Below are positions 24,424-36,520 of a stretch of DNA of 64,000 nt, piece after piece. Numbering within the stretch: position 1 is the first letter of the stretch; the number at the start of each line of letters is the position of its first letter. The notes under the pieces were generated by a model, which saw only the letters and a list, made by a program, of their open reading frames with translations, was not told the origin of the DNA and ran no database searches. Source of the DNA: the human T2T-CHM13v2.0 reference genome, Homo sapiens; contig CP086569.2 of the NCBI GenBank assembly GCA_009914755.4, positions 19,744,001 through 19,808,000 of the forward strand, read 5' to 3'. A program made the position numbers and the translations under genes.

Positions 24424-27400
24424 ATAAGTGTGCTTTTATTACTTTGTAGCTAATATCATTCTTTCATCCCAGAATTGATTCGGACCATTTATCACCTTTA
24501 ACTATTGTTAAGTGTTAATTGTCTTCTATGAGAAACCACTTCTTCATTGACACTCTTCCACTCCCCTCAGTAAGAGACCCTCCCACTCTTCTCAGTCATG
24601 TGTCACAGGCCCCTGCTTCTGCTAGTTTCAACACATTGTAACTAGGTCAGTTCATAAAATACACTGAGGATTTCTGGCTCTTTTCTTCTACTTCTCAGTA
24701 GTAATTGTCATGTAGCAGTTTTAGTTGGTTGAACTAAAAACATGTCACGTGATATTCTTCCTAAATTTGTTAACTCAGCTTTTATAGTTTATTTACTTTA
24801 TGTTTTTTTACTAATTTCAAAACCCAGAAACTCCAGGAAGAAAAACATAAAAGCATGACTGAGGACTTAGGAGATGGGAGCACAATACAAAGTGTCTTGA
24901 GGAGAACGATGACTGAAAGCTGAAGAACAAACTTCTAAAGTAATTGCTTGGCACGTTTGAAGAAGTAATACGTTTAAATTACTTTGGTAGAAACATAACA
25001 AAAACTATGGAAGTATTCTCTGATGAACATCTTATGCAAACTTTAATGTTTGAAAAAATACATATGTTTATCAATAGCCAATACTTTCCTGCATTTGAGT
25101 TAGGGTTGTTTTTAAAAGATAAGGTATAGAAAAGCACTTCCTCTGTTCTTCTTACTCATGGCTTCTTGAACATTTATTGAGGGCTGTGATTTGCTTTAAA
25201 TTTCATGGTACATCGTGACTTGCTCAGGTTGCATAGTTGATAAGCTGTAAAGTTTGAATTATAATCGCTTTTCCTCTACCCCACTCATACTGCCACAATG
25301 ATGGGGATATCTAACAATGTATAAATTATACTTAGTGGTCTGATTGTTTGTCAGTGAACATGTGCCTTGTATTCCTTGATGATTCTGCAAAGCCAGAATC
25401 AAAAGAAAAGAGCTAAAATTAACTAAGTAATTGATATAGGGAAAGGAAAACATGCACAAGTATGGTTACTTTGGCTTTACTTTGACCTTGTGTATCAGTG
25501 AGTAACACCTCAGTGCTAAGACACTATGTCCATGTGGTAAATTTTCAGTGCATTCAAAAGCATCTTACACATAAAAAATGCTCAGTTAATATTTGCTGTT
25601 AATGTGTTAGGAGGAAATGACTCAACTCAGGTGTTCTGGGCATTTTATTGGCCTCTTTTTATTGCCTTCCTCATAATTTATCATGGATATTCCATTACAC
25701 AGAGCTTGCAAAGGTTTCTTGAGGTTATTCTATTAAAAAAATTATGTTTTTTAAAAATAGAACACTTCTTTCATAGATTCTGAATTCCCAATATATTCTC
25801 AATATATTTTGATAAATCTGTAGTTGTCAAGAAGTTGGCCACAGCTTATTGCCTCTGGTACATATTACTCTTAGCCATGAGAAACTTTATTTTTTACATA
25901 TGAAAATGATGTATTTTACCCAATTTTTTGTCAGTTTCTATATTAAAATAGCTAACATGAAGTTTCTGTAGTTACTGAATTTTTAGGAATACATGTATTA
26001 AAGTATGTTTGTTAATTTTATATAGTTATGGAGCTGGTGAACTATTTGGTATCATTGTGACAGCTTCCACGGCCTGCATGGTGTCTTTCTGGCTTTGGGA
26101 ATTCCCGTATGACTTTGGCAAGTGTTGGAGTTTGGGGACTGTTCACCACAGGAGTGTTTCTTTATCCTTTTGGAAACAAAAGACAGCTTATAAAAGCTGG
26201 AAAAGAAAAGTAAAACTGAAAATGTGCCTTCGGGTATTGCTACTTCAGATATAATGCTCTTAGCACCTGGTTCCCTGGACTGTGATTGGTCCCTCGGCAC
26301 AGAATTCTTTATGTTTGTTTGGGCTGGGCAGATAGTACAGGTGGGCAGATAGTACAGGTGGGTTGAAAGTGGCTGTCTAATTATCATTTGGGATTGAGTC
26401 TGTTGTGTGCTGTGTAACTTTAATTTTCTTCCTCGCTTTTTGGGTCAGTTGAGACCAACTGGGAAGTGATGCTTTCAGTAACCTTATGGCAGCACAACCC
26501 TCCATTTTGTATGATTGTGCTTTACAACATCAAGGCAGAGTTTTACTGGACATTTTATGTTTGACGTTCATATGCCTGGCTTTAGTACTGAGGGACTTTG
26601 ATGTTCACACAATGTCGTGTTCAGTGCCCTCAGGTACACTTGTACCATAGATAAGCTCGTACATTGATATTCATCTTTCTGGAAAGACAACTCAGAAACT
26701 TATATTTAGTCGTTCTGATTCTCAGGTATCAACTTGAACTAACAGATGACTACATCATTAGAATTAATCGACTGAAGATGAAAGGAAGAATAAAAGTGAT
26801 GTTTGGATGCGGTAAGAAGCCATAGTTTTCAGTTGTGATACAGGTTATCAGCTTCCCAATTTGGGTCTGTTTCATATTCTTAAAAAAAAATACGTCACAC
26901 TTCATTGTCTTGTCTATAGTTCACTTTTTTTTGTAATTTTAATTATGTAAAAATTAACAAAATGGTTTTCACTGACTTTTGAGAAACCATTATCCTTAAT
27001 ATTTTATATAATCAGAAAGGCCAGTTTTTTTTCTGTATATTTTATTAAACTTTATTTGAATATATGTTGATAAATCTATAATTATCAAGAAGTCGACAGC
27101 AACTTATTGCCTCTGATACCTATTACTTTTACCCTTGAGATACCTTCTTTTTCACTTAGGAAAATTTTAACTTCTCTGTCTCCTGTGACATAGCTTCTTA
27201 TTTTGTTGGCTTCTAATGTATTTCTTTATTTATAATATTTTTACTGTATATATAACCTCCTGGAATCTTGTATATATTGCCCTTGAGACTGGAAGGTGAG
27301 TACTTTCTCAATCTTCATATATTTCATATTTCAATATATTCCTAGGAAATTGCCTGTAAGGAGAGGTGACGTTTTGTTGGAATTTTCAGTTAGACTATTG

Positions 27401-28674
27401 GGAGTATACCAAAGTAGTTATTTGATGTTGTCCAGACACCCAGTGTGTGGTTTCCCCTTTTACTACTATCTTGTGGAGACTAACCCTTCTTTTATAAATT
27501 ACTACCATCATCTATGTAACAAATTTTGCCTTGATATTATATCTACATAGATTCAAGTTAAATAAAATGAAAATGAGAAAGTAATACCTACAATACAATA
27601 ACAATATTGTCTTTTACAATATAGTAACAGACAGATCTTCTTCTTCAAGGAACTTAAAACCTCTCTGGTTAGCAGGTGTAGATGGTGGAATTTCACCACA
27701 TAGATGACAGTTATAGCTTCACATCACCTGTTAGCTAACAGGGCTTATTTCTTACTTGCCTGTGAAAGTTTTGTCCCCTACACAGGCTATTTCTATTACA
27801 AAATAATGGTCATTAGGTCTGACATACTGGCCATAAATATTAAATAGCTTTTGTATTTACCAGGAAAACATTATGGTGTTTAAAGGGCTCCTTCTTTCAG
27901 GAAAACCTGTTTACTTGCAAGAGGAGAACACAGTTACTAATTCAAAAAGGAGGAACTCAATGAATCAGTAAATTTTATGTAAGAACTTGACGTCATTGTT
28001 CAGCATATTTTTTGAAATAGATTTTAAGCAATATATAAAATTTTAGTTATACGTAATTTATCCAAAGTCTTCCTCTTGATGTTTAAACTGCCATTTCTAT
28101 GGCGAAGAAGGGGATGACTAAAGTTAATTCAATAGTTCTTAACTTCAGTCAACGCCATATAGGAAAATGTAGATAGTGCTTTGATTCTTAGAGTGCTTCT
28201 TGCATCTTATCTGTGTGTCTAATTTCTTGTGTGCCTTTGGGCGGTCCTTTGCGTATTCCTCAGCTGTAAACTGTAGGATATTTTCCACACTACAGGGTTG
28301 TAGAGGGAATTCAGTGAGCTAACTTATATGCCTAATTCATAGCAGGTGGCCAATATTATTACTGCTCTGTTACTACATCAGCCTTGTCTCTCTTTCCATC
28401 AGCAGCAGCTAAAAATTTCTGTCGTTACAGCGTTATCTCACAGATTAAAACAAAATGTATTGCATTTATCACACGCCATTGCTTCCTTAGTTTTCTGTTT
28501 ATTCTTGTGCTTGCTGTCTGAAGATGAAGCTGGAACTTTAGGCACTTAAAACATTTTAAATCTAAAGTTTATTTTGCAAGTTTAACTTACGTGAGAACTT
28601 TGTAGGCCTTCATATGCAAATATGAGATATAGTATACTAAGAAAAGAAAAGCACTACACAAAATGTTATTTTTG

Positions 28675-28840
28675 TTTGTTTGTTTGTTTTTTGAGACTGA
28701 GTCTCATGCTGTCATTCAGCCTAGACTGCACTAGTGTGATCTCGGCTCACTACAATCATTACCTCCCAGATACAATCAATTCTTGTGTCTCCACCTCCCG
28801 AAAAGCTGGGATTATAGCCATGCCCCACCACACCAAGCAA
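28675..28840 (-). mobile_element. Alu partial (minus, about 165 bp)
   Basis: TTTGTTTGTTTGTTTTTTGAGACTGAGTCTCATGCTGTCATTCAGCCTAGACTGCACTAGTGTGATCTCGGCTCACTACAATC…CCTCCCGAAAAGCTGGGATTATAGCCATGCCCCACCACACCAAGC. Confidence 0.7.
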
Positions 28841-28875
28841 ATTATGTATTTCTTTTTTTACTTTCTTTCTTTTAT

Positions 28876-29162
28876 ATTTTTTAAGATGGAGTCTCAGTCT
28901 GTTACCCAGGCTTGAGTGTAATGATGTGAACTGGGCTCACTGCAACCACTGCCTTGGGGTTCAAATGATTGTCCTGCTTCAACCTCCTGGGTAGCTGGTA
29001 TTACAGACACCCACTGCCATGCCCGGCTAATATTTGTTGTTTTAGTAGAGATGGGGTTTCACCATGTTGGCTAGGCTGCTCTCAAATGTTTGACCTCAAG
29101 TGATCTACCCTTCATGGTCTTACAGTGTGCTGGGATTACATGTTTGAGCCACAGTGCCCTGC
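28876..29162 (-). mobile_element. Alu SINE (minus)
   Basis: TTTAAGATGGAGTCTCAGTCTGTTACCCAGGCTTGAGTGTAATGATGTGAACTGGGCTCACTGCAACC … CAGTGTGCTGGGATTACATGTTTGAGCCACAGTGCCCTGC. Confidence 0.85.
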
Positions 29163-29288
29163 TGTATTTTTAGTAGAGATGGAGTTTTCCATGTTGTACA
29201 TGGTCGTCTGTAACTTCTGAGTTCAAGCAATCCTCTCATCTTGGCTTCCCAAAGTGCTGGAGTTACAGGCGGGACACACCATGCCTGC
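29163..29288 (-). mobile_element. Alu partial (minus, about 125 bp) directly abutting the previous Alu
   Basis: TGTATTTTTAGTAGAGATGGAGTTTTCCATGTTG…GAGTTCAAGCAATCCTCTCATCTTGGCTTCCCAAAGTGCTGGAGTTACAGGCGGGACACACCATGCCTGC. Confidence 0.7.
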
Positions 29289-29782
29289 ACATTTTTACCT
29301 TAACTTTTCATATTTAAAACAAAGCTATATTTCTATTATGAGTGATTGTTGTTAGGTTCTTAGCTGCTTCTGAAAAATGGGGTGATAATCTTAGAAGGAC
29401 TTGCTTCATGGGATGTGGTCCATAAAACTTCCTCTGCCCCAGTTGTAGGGCAGAAGACAATTTCTGTTACTGTAGTTTGGCCTTTTTTTGCAGAGATTCA
29501 GACATCTGTTTACTGACCTTAGTTAAATTGTGACACTATGCCTAAAGGAGCCTGCAAGCTTTTATTTTTGCTCACTATGAAGTCATCATTCAATTGTAAA
29601 ATTTCCTTTTTAAGTTTCAGGTTGACTTAATGTCTGTAAAAGCACAGTCTTTGGCAATAACAAAACAAACATATGCTGAATGAAAATGTTTAAGAGATGG
29701 ATGACTATTTACTACTAAAAGAAGAAAAATTGGAAGAGAATAAAATGAAAACATGCATCTCCTAAACCATATGTCCACCCCC

Positions 29783-29988
29783 TAGGTTCAAGCAATTCTC
29801 CTGCCTTTGCCTCCCAAGTAGCTCAGACTGCAGGAATGCACCACCCACACCCGGCAAATTTTTGAATATTTAATAGAGACAGGGTTTCACCACATTGGCC
29901 AGGCTGGTCTCAATCTTTTGACCAAAATGATCCACCAGCCTCACCTCATGAGTTGCTGAGATTACAGGCGCAATCCACTGTGCACGGC
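29783..29988 (-). mobile_element. Alu partial (minus, about 205 bp, lacks tail)
   Basis: CTAGGTTCAAGCAATTCTCCTGCCTTTGCCTCCCAAGTAGCTCAGACTGCAGGAATGCACCACCCACACCCGGCAAATTTTTGAATATTTAATAGAGACAGGGTTTCACCACATTGGCCAGGCTGGTCTCAA…GCTGAGATTACAGGCGCAATCCACTGTGCACGGC. Confidence 0.75.
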
Positions 29989-31167
29989 TTGCATGTTTTA
30001 GTGATTCATACTAGGTCAGTATTATAAAACTATGCTTTGTCCTTGTAAGGGGAGGCTTAAATTGGGAAGATTTATAAAATTAAAATTTCTGGATTAAACT
30101 CTGCTAACCTGCCTCTAGGTGGTATCAAGACATTTTTTGCCCTCTACCTGCTGATTGGGTTTGGCCAGTGGGGACACCAGCCTACGCATACAGTGGCACT
30201 GGACTTGCTGCTGTGTCTCAAGGCCAAGTGACGTCATAGTTCCTGTGATGACATCTTTCAAGTTCTCTGCACCATCCGCCTCTCTCCATTGCTGAGAATT
30301 TCTCCCTCCTTTAAATCTCACTCCCAAGGAGTGCTAAGAGTGTCATCCTGCTACTATCCCCGGGAACTCTGCCATCTATTGTGAGTACCTTGAATAAGTC
30401 ACTCTTTATTAAAAAGTTCTTAGATGACTTTGATTGTGGGGCCCATCTAATTTCTGCCTGGATCCCAACTGCTGCTGGCGAATGCACAGATTACATTGAA
30501 TCTCGTGTCTGTCATCAAAAGGTAGACCAGATAGCTCCTTCTGTGCATGGTAGAGGTGAGAAAGAGGTTTTCAGATTAATTTGAGAATGTGAGTTCTTTT
30601 TTTCTCCACCATTGTGCATTCCACGAGCAATGAATGAATTCCTGTTTTCCCTCCAGCAAATCATTTGTCATGTTTTAAAAATGGTTTAGCCGTTCCAACA
30701 AATATAAATGGGCCATGCTATCTCATTGTTGTAATTTTCAGTCCCTTAAAGATATATGAGTTTGAGCAACTTTTTGTTTGCTTTCTGTCGGTGTATTTTC
30801 ATTGGTGTGTTCAGCTCTTTACTCATTGTTAATTGGGTAGTATATCTTAATTTTGAGTTTCAAGATCGGTGTATTTTCAGTGCAAGTTCTTGCTTAGATC
30901 TGTATTTTGCAGATATTTCTTTTCAGTCTTTTGCTTATCTTTCTATTTCCTGAATAAGATTTTACTCAGAGTACAAACTATTAATATAAGAAAACTAATA
31001 TTATTAATTATTTTTACCATTACTGATCAGCTTTGGTGTCATTTGTTAAAACTTATGACCAAACCTGAGGTCACATAAATTTCTTTCTGTACTTTCTTCT
31101 AGAATTTGCATAGTTTTACATTTCCAGTTAATGGCTCCTTCACCATTAAAAAAAAAAAAAGAAAAAA

Positions 31168-32690
31168 ACAGGAAAGGGGGAATTGCTGGCAAGACGTCTG
31201 AAGAAAAAGAGCTCCAGACTGCAGCTCCCAGGGAGATTGATGAAGAAAGTGAGTGATTCCTGCATTTCCACCTGAGGTACACTGTTCATCTGATAGGGAC
31301 TGGTTGAATGGTGGCTGCAGCCCATGGAGTGTGAGCTGAAGCAGGGTAGGTCATCACCTCTCCCGGGAAGCCTAATGGGTCGGGAAATTTTCTCATTTAC
31401 ACAGGAGAAGCTGTGAGGGAGTTAGCCTGAGGAACCATGCACCCTGTGCCTAAAATGTGCTTCTCCCATGGTCTTGAAAACCTGCAGACCAGGAGATTGC
31501 GTTTGGTAACTGCACCATGAGGGCCGTGGGTTTCAAGCACAAAAATGGGGTTGTTAGAAAAAACAATGAACTAATTGTAGGAGTGTTTTGTTGTTGTTGT
31601 TGTTGTTGTTTTTATTACCCCAGTGGTGCCTGGAATGCTAAGGAGACAGGACTGTTCACTCCCCTGAAAAGGAGTGCGGAGGCCAAGGAGCCAAGTGATC
31701 TGGCTTAGCAGGTGCCATCCCCGATGGTGGCAATCCAACTATGGTTCACCAGATTGAAATTCTCGCTGCCAGCACAGCAGCAGTCTGAGATCTACCTGGG
31801 ACACTGGAGCTTGGTGGGGGGATGGGCATCTTCCGTTGCTGAGGCTTGAGTAGGCTGCTTTACCTCATGGTGTAAACAAAGCCTCAGAGAAGTTTGAACT
31901 GCAGCTCAGCAAGGCTGATGTGGCCAGACTGCCAGATTTCTTCTCTCCGGGTAGGGTATTTTCGAAACAAATGATAGCAGCCCCAGTCAGGGGCTTACAA
32001 ATAAAAACCCCATCTCCCTGGGACAGAGCACCTGGGGGAAAAGGAAGCCATGGATGCAGCTTCAGCAAACTTCAACATCCCCGCCTGATGGCTCTGAAGG
32101 AGCAGCACACCTCCCATTACAGTGCACTGGCTCTGCTAATGGTCAGAGTGCCTTCTCAAGTGGAACCCTGACCTCTGTGTATCCTGACTGGGAGACACCT
32201 CCTGGCAGGGGCCGACAGACACCTTGTATTGGAGAGCACTGGCTAGCATCTGACAGATGCCCCTTGAGGATATAGCTTCAGAGAAAGAATAGCCAGCAAT
32301 CAATGAGACAGAAAATTAACAAGGATAGTCAGGACTTGAACTCAGCTGTGGACTAAGTAAACCTAATAGACATCTACAGAACTATCCACCCCCAAATCAA
32401 CAGAATATACATTCTTCTGAGTTCCACATAACATGTATTCAAAAACTGACCACATAATTGGAAGGAAAACACTCCTCAGCAAATGCAAAAGAATGGAAAT
32501 TATAGCAAAGAGCCTCCCAGACCACAGTGCAATGAAATGAGAACCCAGGATTCAGAAACTCACACAAACCTGCACAACTACATAGAAACTGAACATTTAG
32601 GAGCAGGCTGTAAATCATTGCTGGGTAAATAATGAAATAAGGTAGAAATAAAGTTGTTCTTTGAAACCAATGAACCTTTACTGTTAACCA
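31168..32690 (+). mobile_element. L1 fragment: complete-looking older L1PA-type 5'UTR joined by internal deletion to an ORF2 endonuclease-domain segment
   Basis: Start GGGGGAATTGCTGGCAAGACGTCTGAAGAAAAAGAGCTCCAGACTGCAGCTCCCAGGGAG…GATTCCTGCATTTCCACCTGAGGTAC parallels the L1 5' end (GGGGAGGAGCCAAGATGGCCGAATAGGAACAGCTCCGGTCTACAGCTCCCAGCGTGAGC…GATTTCTGCATTTCCATCTGAGGTAC). From 5'UTR sequence ending about 32275 it jumps to ORF2 sequence: …TAGACATCTACAGAACTATCCACCCCCAAATCAACAGAATATACATTC (LIDIYRTLHPKSTEYTF) … AATGAAATAAGGTAGAAATAAAGTTGTTCTTTGAAACCAATGAA ([15 protein letters not shown]). Confidence 0.7.
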
Positions 32691-33010
32691 CCCCTTTACT
32701 CTATGCTTCTGTAAGTTTGACTGCTTTTATTTCTAGGTATAAATGAGATTATGTAGTATCTGTCTTTGTGTGCCTGGCTTATTTGACTTAACATAATATT
32801 TTCTGGGTCCATCTATGTTGCTGCAAAAATCGGATTTCATTCTTTTTGGGGCTGAGTAGTATGCCATTGCAGATGCATAACATAATTTCTTTATTAATTC
32901 ATCCGTTTATGGACACTTAGGTGGATTCCGTATCTTGGCTATTATGAATAGTGCTGCAATAAACATGGGATTGTACCTAGGTATTTTTCAAAGAGTAAAA
33001 TTTCAATTAA
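32690..33010 (-). mobile_element. L1 ORF2 C-terminal fragment in inverted orientation
   Basis: CCTGGCTTATTTGACTTAACATAATATTTTCTGGGTCCATCTATGTTGCTGCAAAAATCGGATTTCATTCTTTTTGGGGCTGAGTAGTATGCCATTGCAGATGCAT … TATGGACACTTAGGTGGATTCCGTATCTTGGCTATTATGAATAGTGCTGCAATAAACATGGGATTG is the reverse complement of the L1 region encoding …[13 protein letters not shown]…[23 protein letters not shown]…. Confidence 0.65.
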
Positions 33011-33539
33011 GGCTATTTATCAAATATTAAAACTGAGATGATTTAATTGCTTAACTAAAAATTGGATGGGTTTCTGGAAAGATGGTAGTGGTAGTAACTG
33101 CATAGTGTTTATCTATTGCCAAATTCCCACCCAAAAACAGACAGAGCAACTAGAAATCAAACCCCCTAATTCATGGACAATACGGCCAGCAAACTAGATG
33201 CCAGAGTATCCCAGAACCACAAACACATTGGAGTCATTCTATGCCACCAGCAGCCCCTTTGTATGAAGTCAGCTGTCAGCTGTCTCTGTGAAAAAATTTA
33301 GGTGGTGCTTTAGTTCTTTAAGAATTTAAAAATCACATACATATCAAAATATGATTTTTATATTAAGGGATGAAGAGGAAGAGTTGGTATATGAAATGGG
33401 TGCTTGACATTTCTATAATTGTTGTGTCTTAAAGCTTGTGCTGGTTGCTGGGGCACTTCAAGATCCATTCTGATCATAAAATATCTGGGATGATGCTGTT
33501 TTACATCTCTTTGATGCTTTTCATACTACACCCAGCTCT

Positions 33540-34270
33540 GGAAACACCTAGCTTTTAGCCATATAATTATATATAATTATTACATATAAGATAATTAAAA
33601 AATATATATTTTTAATTATAATATAATTAAAAAATATATATTTTTAATTATAATATAATTAAAAATATATATATTTATAAATACATATATAAATATATAA
33701 ATATATAATTATATATAAAATATATAATATATAAAATATATAATTATATAAATATATAATTATATATAAAATATATAATTATATATTTATATAATTATAT
33801 ATAATTATATATTAATTATATATAATTATATATTTTATATATTATATTATATATAAATTTATTATATATAAGATTATATAAAATTATATATAATTATAAT
33901 TATATACAATATAATATATAATTATAATTATATAAAATATATTTTATATAATTATAATTATATATAATATTGTATATAATAAATAAATATATAATATAAT
34001 TATATAAAATATATAATTATAATTATATAAAATATATAATATATAAATATATAATTATATAAAATATATAATATATAAATATATAATTATATAAAATATA
34101 TAATTATATAAAAATATATTTATATAAAATATATAAAATATATATAAAATATATATAGAATATATATAAATACATATAAAACACACACACATATAAAATG
34201 TATGTGTGTGCATGTGTGTCTGAGTGTGTGTAAACACACACTATATACATATCATATATTCAGATTTTAA
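33540..34270. repeat. AT-rich low-complexity block about 730 bp ((TATATAAT)n / (ATATAAAAT)n-like), ending in a short (CA)n/(TG)n
   Basis: Almost pure A/T for more than 600 bp (ataattatatataaaatatataatatataaaatatataattatat…), then acacacacacatataaaatgtatgtgtgtgcatgtgtgtctgagtgtgtgtaaacacacac. Confidence 0.9.
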
Positions 34271-35084
34271 CTGTAAGTCTATGCTGCTATACATATAATA
34301 AAACATGTGTGATGTGTCCCATTGGGCTAATTTATATAAAGCAATCATAAAATACATAAGCAGAACCAGTCTGTTTTCTTTAAGAGGGATCTCATAGATA
34401 TATTCCACAGAATAAAGATCTAACACTCTTAAATGATAAATTGCTAGGTACTCCCAAGCAATTAATATAAAATGAAGCAGAATTTATTTTTGACAGTTTT
34501 TTTTTGTAGAGTCATTACTGTATCTAAAATAAAAATATTTGCTCTGATGTTGAAGTGTTTATGAAGAACCTCCATGTATCCGTGTACCTTCTTAGTTGCC
34601 TACACAATCTTATGACCCATCCCTAACAAATTAGGAGGCATATTAGCTTTTGTATTCTCTATTCTCACTCTGGCAGTGATGCCCATGCGTCACACATCTA
34701 AACAACAAAGAGTGATATTCCAACCATTAAGTCAGGGCTTATTCTGAATTCTGGGTGCATCCAATGACAAACTCTACCAGTAATAAGCAGAAGAACCCAC
34801 ACAGACATTTGCTCTGTAACTATGATTTTTTTTTGCATTGGCTTAACTAATTGGAGAGACCAATTTCTGAAACTTTTAAAGAATAATAAGAAAAGTATAC
34901 TGCGCAGTAAAATTCATTTACCTGACTTACCTATTCGTGAATTAAAGTAACTATTTTAGTGGAAAAACAGTCACCTGATACAACAAATTGTGATGTCAAT
35001 ATTTTTATTAGGTATGGCCTCTGGTGTTTTCTTAGTCCATTTGGGTTGCTATAGCAAAATACCAAAGATACTGGACAGGTAATA

Positions 35085-35420
35085 AACAACAGACATTTAT
35101 TGCCCACAGTTCTGGAGACTGGAAGTCCAGTATCAAGATGCGGCAGATTCAATGTCTGGTGGGGACCCACTTTCTCATTCATAGACAGAGCCTTCCCTCT
35201 GTGTCCTCACACTGTGGAAGGAGCAAGCGAGCTCTCTGGAATCCTTTTTGTAGGAGTGCTCATCCCATTCATGAGGCTCCACTCTCATGACCTCATCACC
35301 TCCCAGAGGCTCCACCTGAAACTACAATTGCATTGAGGTTTAGTATTTCAACATATACATTTCAGAGGACACATTTGGAGTTAGATTTCCACATATGAAT
35401 TTGGCTAAGGAACAAGAATT
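35085..35420 (+). mobile_element. ancient LTR-like interspersed repeat (MaLR/ERVL-type), subfamily not assigned
   Basis: Contains a familiar mammalian-wide repeat motif series: CACAGTTCTGGAGACTGGAAGTCCAGTATCAAGATG…CCTCTGTGTCCTCACACTGTGGAAGGAGCAAG…CATGACCTCATCACCTCCCAGAGGCTCCACCT…TTCAACATATACATTTCAGAGGACACATTTGGAGTTAGA. Recognised from memory of the consensus only. Confidence 0.35.
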
Positions 35421-35501
35421 CTGCCTATAATTGGTCATAAGCAGACAAGTATTTTAAACTCATCAAAACAAACATAGATATTGGTTTAAACGTATAGATA
35501 G

Positions 35502-35828
35502 GCCAGATGTGGTGGCTCAGGATTATGCCTGTAATCCCAGCACTTCAGGAGGCCCAGGTGGGCAGATCACCTGAGGTCGGGAGTTTGAGACCAGCCTAAC
35601 CGTCACGGAGAAAACCTGTCTCTACTAAAAATACAACAACAACAACAACAACAAAATTAGCTGAGTGAGGTGGTGCATGCCTGTAATCCCAGCTACTCAG
35701 AAGGCTGAGGCAGGATAAGCACTTGAACCCAGGAGGAGAAGGTTGTGGTGAGTCGTGATTGTGCCATTGCACTGCAGTCTGGGCAACAAGAGTGAAACTC
35801 CATCTCAAAAATAAACAAACAAACAAAC
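35502..35828 (+). mobile_element. Alu SINE (plus)
   Basis: GGCCAGATGTGGTGGCTCAGGATTATGCCTGTAATCCCAGCACTTCAGGAGGCCCAGGTGGGCAGATCACCTGAGGTCGGGAGTTTGAGACCAGCCTAACC … a (CAA)n linker … GCACTGCAGTCTGGGCAACAAGAGTGAAACTCCATCTCAAAAATAAACAAAC. Confidence 0.9.
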
Positions 35829-36520
35829 ACGTAAAATCTAGATAACTGCTGGATTTCAGAAAGTGCTAGAATCAAGACATGGCAGGAGATCAAAGAATGA
35901 TTCTCAGCCTCATGCCTATGACTTCCTGATTCTTTACTATTTTTCATCCTTTTTCTAGAAAATGTGACAGAATGTGCACCTCCACAGCTCCTGGAGCAAT
36001 GAGTTCTGCCTCCCTCCACCACTGGAAAAAGTCATTTGATGCACCCAAGTTGTTCCACTCTTAGTCAGCTGGGTAAGGCTAGAGGAGAGGGTCAGATGTC
36101 AGTCATGGAGACTTAAGAACTGCACTTGAAAACAGGGCCGTGTTTCTCAGAGATGAAGGAAATGCAAAATTGCAGAATGCTATTGACTGAATGTTAGTGT
36201 CTCCTAAAAATTCATGGTGAAGAGCTAACTGCCAAGGTGATGGTATTTACAGATGGGGCTTTTGGTCAGTGATTAAATTTAGATGAGACTATAAAGATAG
36301 AGTTCCCATGATGGGACCAGTGTCCTTATAAACAGCAGAAGAGACCAGAGCTCTCTCTCCCTTTCCCTCTCCACTATGTGATGACAAAACAAGAAGATGA
36401 CTATCTGAAACCTGGGAAGACAGCCCCTACCAGGGACGAAATCTATCAGAACCTTGATCTTTGACTTGATAGTATCCACCAAAACTAACAAAAATAACTC
36501 TCTCTCTCTCCCCCACCCCT

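Noticed and set aside
33540-34270. Possible CRISPR-like or satellite array in highly periodic AT-rich sequence (also 55085-56330)
   Set aside because: There is no repeat-spacer organisation, just low-complexity TA-rich DNA with drifting short periods. The genomic context is primate.
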